This document shows, piece after piece, positions 17,776 to 26,647 of a stretch of DNA of 64,000 nt; position 1 is the stretch's first letter; each line of letters opens with the position of its first letter. The stretch comes from Spirochaetota bacterium (GTDB lineage: Bacteria; Spirochaetota; Spirochaetia; Treponematales; UBA12059). A model generated the notes under the pieces. That model was given only the letters and a program-made list of their open reading frames with translations. It made no database searches and was not told the origin of the DNA. The position numbers and the translations under genes were made by a program. The stretch is taken from the NCBI GenBank assembly GCA_029560805.1, contig JAKQKE010000250.1, positions 529-64,528 of the forward strand, given 5' to 3'.

Positions 17776-18462
17776 TTACGGTAACCTGAAGGTCTCGACC
17801 ATATAATGTACGGACGCGCCATCGGCGCTTTTCTCGAGCTTCTCTATGATCATGACGACGGTTTTGCCGTCCGGGGCGACTATTATCTCGCGGATGGTGT
17901 AGTTGGTGACGCCCTTGCGCTTGACCGTCGGATTGCCGGCCCTGATGGACGACTTCTTCGACCCCGACTCCACCGAGACCTCCAGCCAGAACGACGAGGA
18001 GATCGCGCCGGCCTTATCCTCGACGGTCTCCTTGAGCGCCACGTCCCACTGGATGCCGGTATCGAAGTCCTTGAACGACAGGACGTCGGGCCCGTCCTCT
18101 CCGTTGATCAGCAGGTAGACCAGCCGGCCCTGGGCCAAGTGGTCGATGCGGTGCTTCCTGGCTATCGGGGTCGCGTCGGAGAATAGCTTGTAGAAACCGC
18201 CGGCGGGATCCCAGCCCGGTTTGAGCTCGGCGCCGTACATGCCCTTGAGCATGCCGCCTGGGACGAATTCGTTCTTGGCCGTATCGACCAGGTACACCTC
18301 GGCGTACGGCTTGCCGTTCGCCACGTTCAGTCCGTAGAAGCCGAACATGAAATAGGCCGAATCGGGAGAGAAGCCGAGGTTGACGAGCGTCGCGACGTCC
18401 CCGGCGAAGGCGGCCGAAACGAACGCCAGCATCAAGGCGACGATAGCTATCCATCTCTTCAT
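17776..18462 (-). CDS. secreted hypothetical protein (possibly DUF2259-like)
   Basis: ORF 17776-18462. Signal peptide MKRWIAIVALMLAFVSAAFA. The family assignment is from weak memory only. Confidence 0.45.
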   Translation of the reverse strand: MKRWIAIVALMLAFVSAAFAGDVATLVNLGFSPDSAYFMFGFYGLNVANGKPYAEVYLVDTAKNEFVPGGMLKGMYGAELKPGWDPAGGFYKLFSDATPIARKHRIDHLAQGRLVYLLINGEDGPDVLSFKDFDTGIQWDVALKETVEDKAGAISSSFWLEVSVESGSKKSSIRAGNPTVKRKGVTNYTIREIIVAPDGKTVVMIIEKLEKSADGASVHYMVETFRLP

Positions 18463-18568
18463 CGATTGTCTCCCCCCGGGTGGCCTTCGGGGCGGTCACC
18501 CTCCCTACAAGTATCGGCTCGAATCGATCGGCCTTGAGAGAAAAGCCTTCTGGTAGTAGGGTAGTCGC

Positions 18569-19372
18569 ATGACGATACGACTCAGGGAACGATTATACCG
18601 CGCGTTCTTCGCGGCGGCCGCCTCGGCGACTATTCTAGCCGTGGTGGCGATCTGGATACCGGGGCTGGACGGCCTGGAACGGGTCCGGGCCACCGCGTTC
18701 CCATCGCTCGACGCCGTCGGCTTCTATTCGGCGTTGGCCGCCTCCGGTATCTGCGCCGTCTACGCGGCGGTCGTCTCCGGCCTCATCGTCTTCCGGAGCG
18801 GGAGGACCGTCTCCGTCGAGATATTCTTCTTCTCGCTCTGGGCCTTCTGTCAGGTCTTCGAGCTCGCGAGGATCGGCTCGGCGCTCCTAGGCATGGCCAA
18901 CGCGAATATTGGCGCGTATAGCCTGATGACGAGGTTCGCCCTGTTCGGCCGGTACTCCGGTTCGATCGGGCTGTTCGCCGGAAGCCTGTTCTCCGTCGGC
19001 CTGAAGCAGGAGCGCGCCTTGCCGTCGATGACCTTCGCCTTCATGGCGGGGCTCTTGTTCGCCTCGATCCATCCCCTCAACTCGGTCGCCCCGGGCGCCG
19101 ACCTCCTGGCCGACAGGGGGATCGAGCCGCTCGCCCGCAGCTTCGAGCTGGCGATCCTGGCGCTGGCATTGATCGATTACTGTCTCGCTTGGCGCTCGGT
19201 CAAGGATAAGGCGTATCTCCTGGCCGCGGCCGGGCTGACTATGTGCGTCGTCGCCACCACGACGCTGCGTGCGATGGCGACGCCGTGGGCCGTGATCGCG
19301 GCTACCCCGATACTCGTCGCCGGGACGTGGCTATATATCAAGAGCATGCACGATTACTACCTGTGGCGATAG
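18569..19372 (+). CDS. hypothetical integral membrane protein
   Basis: ORF 18569-19372. About 7-8 hydrophobic helices. No motif recognised. Confidence 0.5.
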   Translation: MTIRLRERLYRAFFAAAASATILAVVAIWIPGLDGLERVRATAFPSLDAVGFYSALAASGICAVYAAVVSGLIVFRSGRTVSVEIFFFSLWAFCQVFELARIGSALLGMANANIGAYSLMTRFALFGRYSGSIGLFAGSLFSVGLKQERALPSMTFAFMAGLLFASIHPLNSVAPGADLLADRGIEPLARSFELAILALALIDYCLAWRSVKDKAYLLAAAGLTMCVVATTTLRAMATPWAVIAATPILVAGTWLYIKSMHDYYLWR

Positions 19373-19394
19373 GCCGTCTGAGGGCTGGCTCGAC

Positions 19395-20111
19395 CTAGGC
19401 TAGGCCGAAGATGAAGACGGCGGCGAGCCCAACGACGGTCGGCAACAGAATGTTGTCGGCGTCCTTGGAGGGGAGCGCTTCGGTAACGGTCGCGATACCT
19501 GCGATCAGTGCTGAACGGGGAGCGTCGCCGGTGACGGCGTAGGCCGAACACAGGACCGCGAGGAAGCAGGTAAGGCTACCTTCGACCGACTTGCCGCCGG
19601 TAAAGGGGATACGTATCGAGCCGAAGGCCTTGCCTACCAGGCTGGATAGGCCGTCGCCGAAGGCCAACGCATAGATCGCTATCGAGGCGGCCGGCTCGGG
19701 ATAGAGCACCAGGGCCAGTAGGGCGCCGATGCCGAGGGTCACGGGGCCGAGCACGAATTTGCCCGAGTCCCGCCTGCGGGCGGCTATGGCGGTGATCTTG
19801 CTGATGACCGCAACTTCGTAGCCGTGAAGACGCATCGATTCGCTATACGCGTAGACCAGGATGCCGGCCGATAGCGACGCGACTGTCACGCCGAAATTCC
19901 ACGAGGCCAGGGTAGGGACGAGGCCGATCAACAAGTGGATGCTCTTGCGTACGAGCTCCGTCCTCATCTCCGAAGACCACGGACGAGCTATGGTAATGGT
20001 GTTATTGGTTCTCAGTACGTCGGACATACGCATCCTTGCAAATCGTTCTACGCTATAATATGCAAGAAGCGATCCAAAATATAGTATTGCTGTGGGGGAA
20101 AAATAAATCAT
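19395..20111 (-). CDS. polyprenol/diacylglycerol kinase - CTP-transferase-1 family membrane protein
   Basis: ORF 19395-20111; the start is uncertain (ATG 20111 or 20033). RKSIHLLIG, FGDGLSSLVGKAFG and GKSVEGSL resemble the dolichol/phytol kinase-CdsA superfamily. Confidence 0.55.
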   Translation of the reverse strand: MIYFSPTAILYFGSLLAYYSVERFARMRMSDVLRTNNTITIARPWSSEMRTELVRKSIHLLIGLVPTLASWNFGVTVASLSAGILVYAYSESMRLHGYEVAVISKITAIAARRRDSGKFVLGPVTLGIGALLALVLYPEPAASIAIYALAFGDGLSSLVGKAFGSIRIPFTGGKSVEGSLTCFLAVLCSAYAVTGDAPRSALIAGIATVTEALPSKDADNILLPTVVGLAAVFIFGLA

Positions 20112-20262
20112 AGTTGAGTCTATAAATAGTCGAGTGTACCTGTTCTCCGTTGCGCCTTTGAATCGTTCATCGTCTAATAATTAATACACTCAGTGTCGTC
20201 AATGCGCTATTCAAAGCGATGGAACGGTGTCGCTATCCTCTGGAGCCAAGGCTACGAAGATG

Positions 20263-20292
20263 TTGACATGCACCGGCCGTCAAAGCTACTAT
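20263..20292 (+). promoter_or_regulatory. sigma-70-type promoter candidate upstream of the tRNA-Val region
   Basis: TTGACA (20263-20268) - 18 nt - TACTAT (20287-20292), in an AT-rich non-coding stretch about 175 nt upstream of the tRNA. Confidence 0.4.
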
Positions 20293-20338
20293 CTGAGCGC
20301 TCCTCGATCGCGCAAGGCGTTATGGAGCAGGCTCTGTT

Positions 20339-20468
20339 TGATACTTCTATGATCGGCGGGAGCGTGCGCATGAAGCGTACCTTCTCTACATAGTGCGTTC
20401 TATGGGCGATTAACTCAGCGGGAGCGTGCGCGGCAAGCGCAACCCTCCCTACATATGGCGTTTTTGGT
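20339..20468 (+). repeat. two tandem ~65-nt degenerate copies of the 5' part of tRNA-Val
   Basis: Unit B (20404-20468) begins GGGCGATTAACTCAGCGGGAG, which is 21/21 identical to the tRNA 5' end. Units A (20339-20403) and B share gcgggagcgtgcgcNNNaagcgNaNcNtcNctacata. Neither has a T-arm or a 7-nt anticodon loop. Confidence 0.6.
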
Positions 20469-20543
20469 GGGCGATTAACTCAGCGGGAGAGTGCTACCTT
20501 CACACGGTAGAAGTCACTGGTTCAATCCCAGTATCGCCCACCA
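20469..20543 (+). tRNA. tRNA-Val (anticodon CAC), CCA encoded
   Basis: Hand-folded cloverleaf: acceptor GGGCGAT/ATCGCCC, D-stem ACTC/GAGT, anticodon stem CTACC/GGTAG with loop TTCACAC, T-stem ACTGG/CCAGT with loop TTCAATC, discriminator A plus CCA. Confidence 0.9.
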
Positions 20544-20562
20544 AAAACGCCTTTTTATTGTG

Positions 20563-20677
20563 GGTTGCGCTTGCCGAACCTTCACACGGTACGCGATGAT
20601 TAGTCGAAGGCGAATTACTACAATACCAATACCTTGCGCGTTAGCGAGCGAACGCGAGCGTCGAAGTCACTGGTTCA
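20563..20677 (+). pseudogene. decayed tRNA-Val-derived fragments
   Basis: AACCTTCACACGGTA (20577-20591) matches the anticodon arm at 14/15. GAAGTCACTGGTTCA (20663-20677) matches the variable/T-arm at 15/15. The two are separated by about 70 unrelated nt. No acceptor or complete T-arm is present. Confidence 0.5.
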
Positions 20678-20701
20678 GCGTCTGAGTACAGCCGTTAAGC
20701 G

Positions 20702-23700
20702 CTACTTCCTCGGATAATCCATCTCGACGGGTATAGCCTTGTAGATCACCAGGTCCATGCCTCGTTGAGGGTGAAGGATGAAGTCCAGGTTGAGGAACCC
20801 TAGATTCTTCGACTCCGGCCTCACCATGCGCGCTTGGTCGCGCGCCAGGGAATCGTAGAGCTTGGCCGACTCGGTAAACTCGACCATCGCCTCGGCGCGT
20901 CGCTTCGTGTCGCCCATGCGCTCGGCAACCCGGTACAGGGTCGCGCCGAGGTTGTTCCTCGTCATCATCAGGAGCTCTACGACCTCGCTATGCGACGGCT
21001 TGGTCTGAGGGCTGGGTAAGGTAATGGTATCGAGCTCGAACTGCAGCCTGTTAGCGAGGGTCGATAGGTAGCCCTGGGCGGCGAAATAGTCGTCGCGCTG
21101 ATAGAGCGCGTTGGCGGTGGCCCATTGCAGGTACGGCGAAGCGTCGAGGTCGAGTCCGGCGCGATAGAAGAACCTCAGAGCCGCGCTTCCGTCGTCCTTG
21201 GGCGATAGGTAATGAATGTAGCCGCGCCGGTAGTCCGTCTGCGGACTGGTAAAGCCGTTCGCCTCGGCCTTGGCGTACAGCTCGAGCGCGCCGTCGAAGT
21301 CCATTCGTTCAGCGTAGTATATATCGGCGAGCAGGCTGTAGGCCCGTCCGAAGCGCGCGTCGCGGCGGAGTTGCCTCGAGGTCAAGGCTCGCTCGTAGCG
21401 GTCTATCGCTATATTGAAGGCTTCCTCGGCGTCCAAGCCGCGGCCGTCCTGCCTGCGTAGCTCCCCGAGGCGCATCATGGAGTCGATGTAGCCCTTAACG
21501 CGCTTCGGCGCCAGCCCGGAACGTGCGTCAGCCTCGGCGTAGAAGCGGGCGGCGAATTCGAGCGCCTTGAGCTCGTCCTTCGGGAAACCCGACCTGCGGT
21601 TCCAGCGAGCCATGGCCGCGTGCGTCTCGGGCACTGTACCGTCGCGGTCGACGGCCGATAGCAGTATGCGGTTGACGTACTCGGTCTCGTCCCTGTCGAG
21701 GAGGTACTCGGCCAGTTCAGCCAGGGTCGAGGCGGCCCAGGCGCTCCGATTGTTCTCGACGAAGTACTTGGCCAGGGGAAGCGCGTCCTCGGACTTATCC
21801 GAGCCGCTCGCGCGCTCCGTACGCATGAGATAGATCAGCATCAGCTCGAGGTAACCGTCGGAGCGGCCGTGCCGTTCCATGAGCGTGGCCAGCTGTAGCC
21901 GCGCTTTCTCGTACAGCCTCGCGACTTCGGCCGGATCGGCCGGGTCGTAGCCCTGCTCCTCGAAGTCGGCCCAAGCCAATAGGTTGCGCGCTGATAGCAG
22001 CAACGCGTCCTTGTCGAAGTAGTCGCGGCTCAGGATGTAGGTCTGTAGCACTTTCTCGGCGGTATCGAAGGACAGGAGGTCCATCTCCATCGTCGCGTAG
22101 TCCTTGGCCGCCCGCTTTTCCTTGGGCCATCTGGCGAGCAGCCGCTCGTACATGGCCTCGGCCCGCGGGTACTGACCGGCGTCGGCGTAGGCCTCGGCAT
22201 AGCGGTAATGCCAGCCCTTCATCGACCATTCGTCCTCGGCCCGCTCGAACAGCTCGAGCGATTCTCCGAATTGAGATAATCCTATTTGCCTGTGCCCTTC
22301 GGCGTAGAGCGAGTAGGCCTTGATAGGCTTATACGCGAAGTTGTAGCCAAGGTAGAAGGCCGCGCCGGCCCCGGCCGCTACGAGTAGGAGTACCTGTAGC
22401 ACCGGCAGGATCGAATGTACCAGAAGGTAGCGAAAGCTGCCCTTCTCGGCCTCGAAGGCTGCGCCGGTACGCTTGGCGAAGCTAGCCGGAACCTCGATAT
22501 AGCGCTTGAGTACCTTGCCGGCCAGTTTCGCCGCATCCTTGGCGCTGGCGCGCTCGACGAGGAGCCAGACCAAGTCGGACTGTTGGAGCTCGGTGCCCTT
22601 CTGGTTGGCGACAATGTCCTCTATGGCTAGCCGAAGGTTGAGCGGATAGGATAGGAGCGTATCCTGGAGCGCGTCCGCTTGGTTCTCGGTCAGCTCTACC
22701 GGGCGGGCCTTCCTTTCGGCGGAGACCCTGGCCTCGCCGGAACCGAAGGCGCCGGCCAGGGATGACGAAGGGGCTTTGCCGGGCCGCGCTTCCTTGCTCG
22801 CCGCGGGCTTGGCGGTCGTCGGCTTGACCTCGTTGCCCATCTCGAAGCCGGGGATGGTAAAGTCGCCACCCCAGTCGCCGCCCAGGGAGAAGGTGTCGGC
22901 CGCCGCCGACTCGCTCCCCAGGTCGGAGAATTCGCCGCCGAAGTCGCTATCGCCCATCTCCGGTACGGCGACTTCGGGAGACCCTCCGCCCAGGTCGAAC
23001 TGGTCGAAGGAGTCCCCTTCCATGGATTCGGAGCCGAGATCGAAGCCCGCGGACTCGGCACCCCGCGCCTCGGGATCAGGGCCGGGTGCTGCCGCCTCGC
23101 CGGACCCAGGCGCTTCCGGTTCGGCCTCCGCCAGGCCCATGTCGTCGAAGGCCGGTATGGAGAAACCGTCGTCGGGCTTGGCCGCCTCCGAATCGCCTTC
23201 GCTCTCGAGCGACTCCAGATCGTCGAAGCTGAAATCATCGTTCGCTCTTACGGCCTCGCCGGTCATCTCGGGCCGCTCTTGCGACGTTTCATCGGCGGCA
23301 CCGTCCAGGAGCGAATCCGGTACCGTGAAATCGTCTAGCCCCGTCGTCTCCGACTCGGTCGCCTCGAGGGACTCGATGGGTTCTATCGGCTCGATGGGTT
23401 CTATCGGCTCAGTCGGTTCCTCCGTAGGAGCGTCGTCCGTCGAGGCCGCTTCGGTAGCCTCTTCCGTCTCGAGCAACGAACCGAAATCCTCGAGCAGCGA
23501 GTCCGGTACCGTGAAGTCATCGGTCTCCCGCTCGGGCGGCCCAGCGGGGGACGACTCCTCTCCGAAGCCGCCGGGCAACTCGAAATCATCGGTCGGCGCC
23601 GGTTCCGCCACTTGGTCGTCGCCGAGCGGTATATCGTCCAGGAACGAGGAGAACGCGTCGCCCAAGGCCGCGTCGCCCAAGGCCGCGTCGTCGGACTGCA

Positions 23701-23845
23701 ATAGGTCCGCTATATCGTCGGGTACGCCCTGCGGCGGCGCCTCCAGGTCATGCCAGGTCTCGCCCCATCGCTCCAGCGTCTCCGGTTCCTTGCCGAGCGT
23801 CTTGAGTGAGGCTTTGAATCGCTCTATATCCTGTAGTGTTGGCAT
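20702..23845 (-). CDS. large membrane protein: acidic low-complexity N-terminal third, one TM helix, C-terminal TPR-like repeats
   Basis: ORF 20702-23845 (1047 aa). Residues about 40-330 are D/E/P-rich, with the duplicated motif DDFTVPDSLL and (PIE)x4. The TM helix is ILPVLQVLLLVAAGAGAAFYLGY. The remainder has TPR-like A/Y/L helical repeats. Any relation to spirochaetal TPR flagellar-collar proteins is speculation. Confidence 0.65.
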   Translation of the reverse strand: MPTLQDIERFKASLKTLGKEPETLERWGETWHDLEAPPQGVPDDIADLLQSDDAALGDAALGDAFSSFLDDIPLGDDQVAEPAPTDDFELPGGFGEESSPAGPPERETDDFTVPDSLLEDFGSLLETEEATEAASTDDAPTEEPTEPIEPIEPIEPIESLEATESETTGLDDFTVPDSLLDGAADETSQERPEMTGEAVRANDDFSFDDLESLESEGDSEAAKPDDGFSIPAFDDMGLAEAEPEAPGSGEAAAPGPDPEARGAESAGFDLGSESMEGDSFDQFDLGGGSPEVAVPEMGDSDFGGEFSDLGSESAAADTFSLGGDWGGDFTIPGFEMGNEVKPTTAKPAASKEARPGKAPSSSLAGAFGSGEARVSAERKARPVELTENQADALQDTLLSYPLNLRLAIEDIVANQKGTELQQSDLVWLLVERASAKDAAKLAGKVLKRYIEVPASFAKRTGAAFEAEKGSFRYLLVHSILPVLQVLLLVAAGAGAAFYLGYNFAYKPIKAYSLYAEGHRQIGLSQFGESLELFERAEDEWSMKGWHYRYAEAYADAGQYPRAEAMYERLLARWPKEKRAAKDYATMEMDLLSFDTAEKVLQTYILSRDYFDKDALLLSARNLLAWADFEEQGYDPADPAEVARLYEKARLQLATLMERHGRSDGYLELMLIYLMRTERASGSDKSEDALPLAKYFVENNRSAWAASTLAELAEYLLDRDETEYVNRILLSAVDRDGTVPETHAAMARWNRRSGFPKDELKALEFAARFYAEADARSGLAPKRVKGYIDSMMRLGELRRQDGRGLDAEEAFNIAIDRYERALTSRQLRRDARFGRAYSLLADIYYAERMDFDGALELYAKAEANGFTSPQTDYRRGYIHYLSPKDDGSAALRFFYRAGLDLDASPYLQWATANALYQRDDYFAAQGYLSTLANRLQFELDTITLPSPQTKPSHSEVVELLMMTRNNLGATLYRVAERMGDTKRRAEAMVEFTESAKLYDSLARDQARMVRPESKNLGFLNLDFILHPQRGMDLVIYKAIPVEMDYPRK
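23372..23407. repeat. 18-bp x2 in-frame tandem repeat (encodes PIEPIEPIEPIE)
   Basis: CTCGATGGGTTCTATCGG occurs twice in tandem inside the CDS 20702-23845. Confidence 0.9.
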
Positions 23846-23984
23846 GGCTGATGCTTATAATAACGGCAAAAAATTAAGGATGTATAGGACGAAAACGCTG
23901 TGGCCGCCTTCGGCCCTCAGACCGACCTCAAGCGGACGGCTGGGCGGGCCGATACTATAGGAGCATCACCCTATTGGAGCATCG

Positions 23985-24695
23985 ATGAGAATTCGTACAG
24001 CCGCGGCGCTCGCCTGCCTCGCCTGCGCAGTCGCCGCTAGAGACACTTTCGCCTTCGACGTGACGTCCGTGCCGCTGCACCTCTACCTGTCGGGGCTCAA
24101 AGAGGCGAGGCCTCCTGTGGTGGTGGACGACTATCTCGTGCTGAGCGCCCAGGGCGCGTACCGCTATGTCGGGGCGGCCTTCTCGTACGAGGGCTGGCGC
24201 TCGGTCCATTCGTTCGAGGTGAATCGCTACGGCGTCTTCGTGCTGGCGGTGCCCATCCCCTATGGCGACGCGGTTACCGTGCGCTATCGGCTGGTCCTCG
24301 ACGGGCTCTGGGCCGCCGATCCGGCCAATCCGGCGATGGAGCGCGACGGCGAGACGGGCGCGGCCATGTCGCTGGCCACGCTCCCCGAACGGCCGAGGAC
24401 GGTCCTCGGCGTCTGGGACCCGGCCGGGGACGGCGCGGCGACCTTCCATTTCGAGGGCGAGCCCGGCCAGCGCATCACGGTCGCCGGGTCGTTCAACGGC
24501 TGGGATCCGTTCATCCACGAGCTGGAGGAGCGATCGCCGGGGCGCTACGAGCTCAGGCTAAGCCTGCCGCCGGGCGAGCACTACTATGTCTTCGTCTACC
24601 GAGGCGAACGCATCGCCGATCCGCTCAACCGGCGCCTGCTCTACGGCAAGGACGGCCGACCCGTCTCAGCCATCACGATCGCGGCCGCGGACTGA
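23985..24695 (+). CDS. secreted protein with C-terminal glycogen-binding (CBM48 / AMPK-beta-like E-set) domain
   Basis: ORF 23985-24695. It has a signal peptide. ITVAGSFNGWDPFIHELEE...GRYELRLSLPPGEHYYVFVYRGERIADPLN fits the CBM48 pattern. Confidence 0.6.
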   Translation: MRIRTAAALACLACAVAARDTFAFDVTSVPLHLYLSGLKEARPPVVVDDYLVLSAQGAYRYVGAAFSYEGWRSVHSFEVNRYGVFVLAVPIPYGDAVTVRYRLVLDGLWAADPANPAMERDGETGAAMSLATLPERPRTVLGVWDPAGDGAATFHFEGEPGQRITVAGSFNGWDPFIHELEERSPGRYELRLSLPPGEHYYVFVYRGERIADPLNRRLLYGKDGRPVSAITIAAAD

Positions 24696-24730
24696 CGTCC
24701 GGGCGCTGGGCGGAAATAAGCCGGAAGCGA

Positions 24731-25378
24731 CTACAGCGCCTCTAGGATACGCCTCGCTGTCCGTTCGAACGGGACGTCCGAGACGTCGAGCCTGACGGAG
24801 CCTGGCCAGCGAGCGGCTAGCCTGTCGGTGATGTCGGGCCTGGCGACGACGACCGTGAGCCCGAGGCGCTCAGCGTCGCCCGCTCGCTCCCATTCTGGGC
24901 TGGCCGCCTCGTCGAGGGCCATGAGCGTCTTTACCATGCCGGAGCCACGTTCCAGCTCGAGCGGCCCTATCTCGTCGACGATGACCAGGCTGGGCGCCGC
25001 GCCTATCGGCCCGGATCCCCCGGAGACGGCCGCCGCCGTCGCAGCGTCGGCCTCGGCGAGGGCTTTTCTATCGAATTCCCAGGAGCCGAATCGCACGGTG
25101 TGCGGGTTCGAGTCGTCGAAGGCGGGGCTCCGGCCTTGGGACGGAGCGCCCGCCGACCGAGCCTGCGAGAAGCCCGGCAGGCGCCTGGCCAGCGAGCGCC
25201 GCGCCGCCCCCTCGTCCGCCAGGTCGCGCCAGTCGATGCCGACCTTCGAGCCGCCCGAGAAGACGGCCTCGCAGAGCATGCCCGCTACCCGGACCCCGGC
25301 TTCTCTGGCCAATCGTACGGCGATGCCGCAGGAGCTGGTCTTGCCCGAGCCGCTCGGCCCCGCGAGCACGATGATCAT
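24731..25378 (-). CDS. P-loop NTPase (THEP1/DUF2478-like)
   Basis: C-terminal 215 aa of ORF 24731-26047, starting at ATG 25378 (MIIVLAGPSGSGKTS). Walker B-like LVIVDEIGPLE is present. Confidence 0.55.
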   Translation of the reverse strand: MIIVLAGPSGSGKTSSCGIAVRLAREAGVRVAGMLCEAVFSGGSKVGIDWRDLADEGAARRSLARRLPGFSQARSAGAPSQGRSPAFDDSNPHTVRFGSWEFDRKALAEADAATAAAVSGGSGPIGAAPSLVIVDEIGPLELERGSGMVKTLMALDEAASPEWERAGDAERLGLTVVVARPDITDRLAARWPGSVRLDVSDVPFERTARRILEAL

Positions 25379-25386
25379 GGCTCGCC

Positions 25387-26067
25387 TCAGTCCTCGGCCG
25401 GTGCGAACGAGACATCTACCGACGCCAGCGGAAAGCCGGCGGTCCGCGAGAACGACCTGGCTATTCCCTCGATCGCGGCGGCCGCTTTGGACCGCAGCTC
25501 CGGCTCGTCGAGCATCGCCGAGGCCGCCTCGACGAAGCGCGCCGTCAGGTCGCGCATGACGCGGGCCTCGAGCAGCCGCTCGTCGAGGAATACGGAACGG
25601 TCGGTGGTGAGGATCGTGATCGTATCGGTATGTATGGCCGGCGTCAGCATCGCGATCGGCGGCGCGGCGACGCTGAGCCTGCCTCCATCGGCCGGGTCGT
25701 AGCGTACCGACCAGGATTCCGTGGCTTTCAGGTCGATGATGAACGACAGCTCCGCCCAGGCCGAGGCCTCGACGGTGGCGTCGGAGCGGATGCCGAGCAG
25801 TCGGCCGACCGTCGTATCGCCGAACAGGAGCCCCGGCGTCGTCCTGCGGATCTCGAGCCGCTCGCGGGCCTCGACGACGACTATCTTGCCGGTGGCCGAT
25901 AGACCCTCGACGTAGGAGCTGAACGAGCTCTCCACGGCCGGGGCAAGTGGGGCGCTCGATACGGCTACGCCTAGGTATACTCCGGCTCCCACGAGGACGG
26001 CGGCCATCGAGAGCCCGGCTATGAACCCGACTCGTCCGGATCGCCACGGGGCTAGCTTCGCTTCCAT
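25387..26067 (-). CDS. membrane-anchored hypothetical protein (DUF4230-like?)
   Basis: C-terminal 226 aa of ORF 25387-26382, starting at ATG 26067 (MEAKLAPWRSGRVGFIAGLSMAAVLVGAGVYL). The upstream part of the track ORF is Arg/Pro-rich noise. Confidence 0.45.
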   Translation of the reverse strand: MEAKLAPWRSGRVGFIAGLSMAAVLVGAGVYLGVAVSSAPLAPAVESSFSSYVEGLSATGKIVVVEARERLEIRRTTPGLLFGDTTVGRLLGIRSDATVEASAWAELSFIIDLKATESWSVRYDPADGGRLSVAAPPIAMLTPAIHTDTITILTTDRSVFLDERLLEARVMRDLTARFVEAASAMLDEPELRSKAAAAIEGIARSFSRTAGFPLASVDVSFAPAED

Positions 26068-26116
26068 AACCGGTACTATCCAGCTTTTATGCCCTGGGCG
26101 CAAGTCCGGCTCCGGG

Positions 26117-26647
26117 CTATAGCCGTATCGCCCGGAGCCTCGGGGCCGCCTGGGGGCCGACCAACTCGAACAGCTTGACGTCGAGGCAGCTCGACGACGG
26201 GGGCGCCTCGACGATGGCCAGGCTCGGTCCCCACGGCCCGCGCGGGCGGGATAGGCTGCCGGGATTGAGGAGGAGTACCCCGGATCGTTCCTCGCAGTAC
26301 GGGACGTGGGTGTGGCCGAAGAAGAAGGCCCGCGCGCCTGCCTCCTTGGCCGCGTAGACGAGGCTGGAGGTGCCGTCGCCAAGGGGGTAGCGGTGGCCGT
26401 GCGCCAGGATAAGGAGCCGTCCCTCGGCGTCGAAGCGGCGAGCGAGCGGCACCGACGAGTCGGCGTCGACGTTGCCCCGTACGACGAAGGCCGGCGGCGT
26501 CGGGGCTCCGTAGCGCATCGCGGCCTTCACGTCTCCCGACCCGTCCCCGAGGTGGATCAGGGCCTGGACCGAACGTCCGAGCAGGCCGAGCACCGCGACG
26601 AGTCCCCGGAAATCCCCGTGGGTATCCGAGACGACCAGAATCCTCAT
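26117..26647 (-). CDS. YfcE/MJ0936-type metallophosphoesterase
   Basis: ORF 26117-26647. Motifs VVSDTHGD, HLGDGSGD, VRGNVD, LAHGH and GHTHVP are present. Confidence 0.8.
   Translation of the reverse strand: MRILVVSDTHGDFRGLVAVLGLLGRSVQALIHLGDGSGDVKAAMRYGAPTPPAFVVRGNVDADSSVPLARRFDAEGRLLILAHGHRYPLGDGTSSLVYAAKEAGARAFFFGHTHVPYCEERSGVLLLNPGSLSRPRGPWGPSLAIVEAPPSSSCLDVKLFELVGPQAAPRLRAIRL

Noticed and set aside
20404-20468. Second tRNA gene upstream of tRNA-Val
   Set aside because: Only the acceptor 5' strand and D-arm are tRNA-like. The would-be anticodon hairpin has a 5-nt loop. There is no T-arm or acceptor 3' strand. It was called a degenerate repeat instead.
19395-23845. Integrated mobile element or genomic island at the tRNA-Val locus
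   Set aside because: There is no integrase, transposase, phage or conjugation gene on either side, and the flanking genes look like ordinary housekeeping or envelope genes. Only short tRNA-derived fragments remain.
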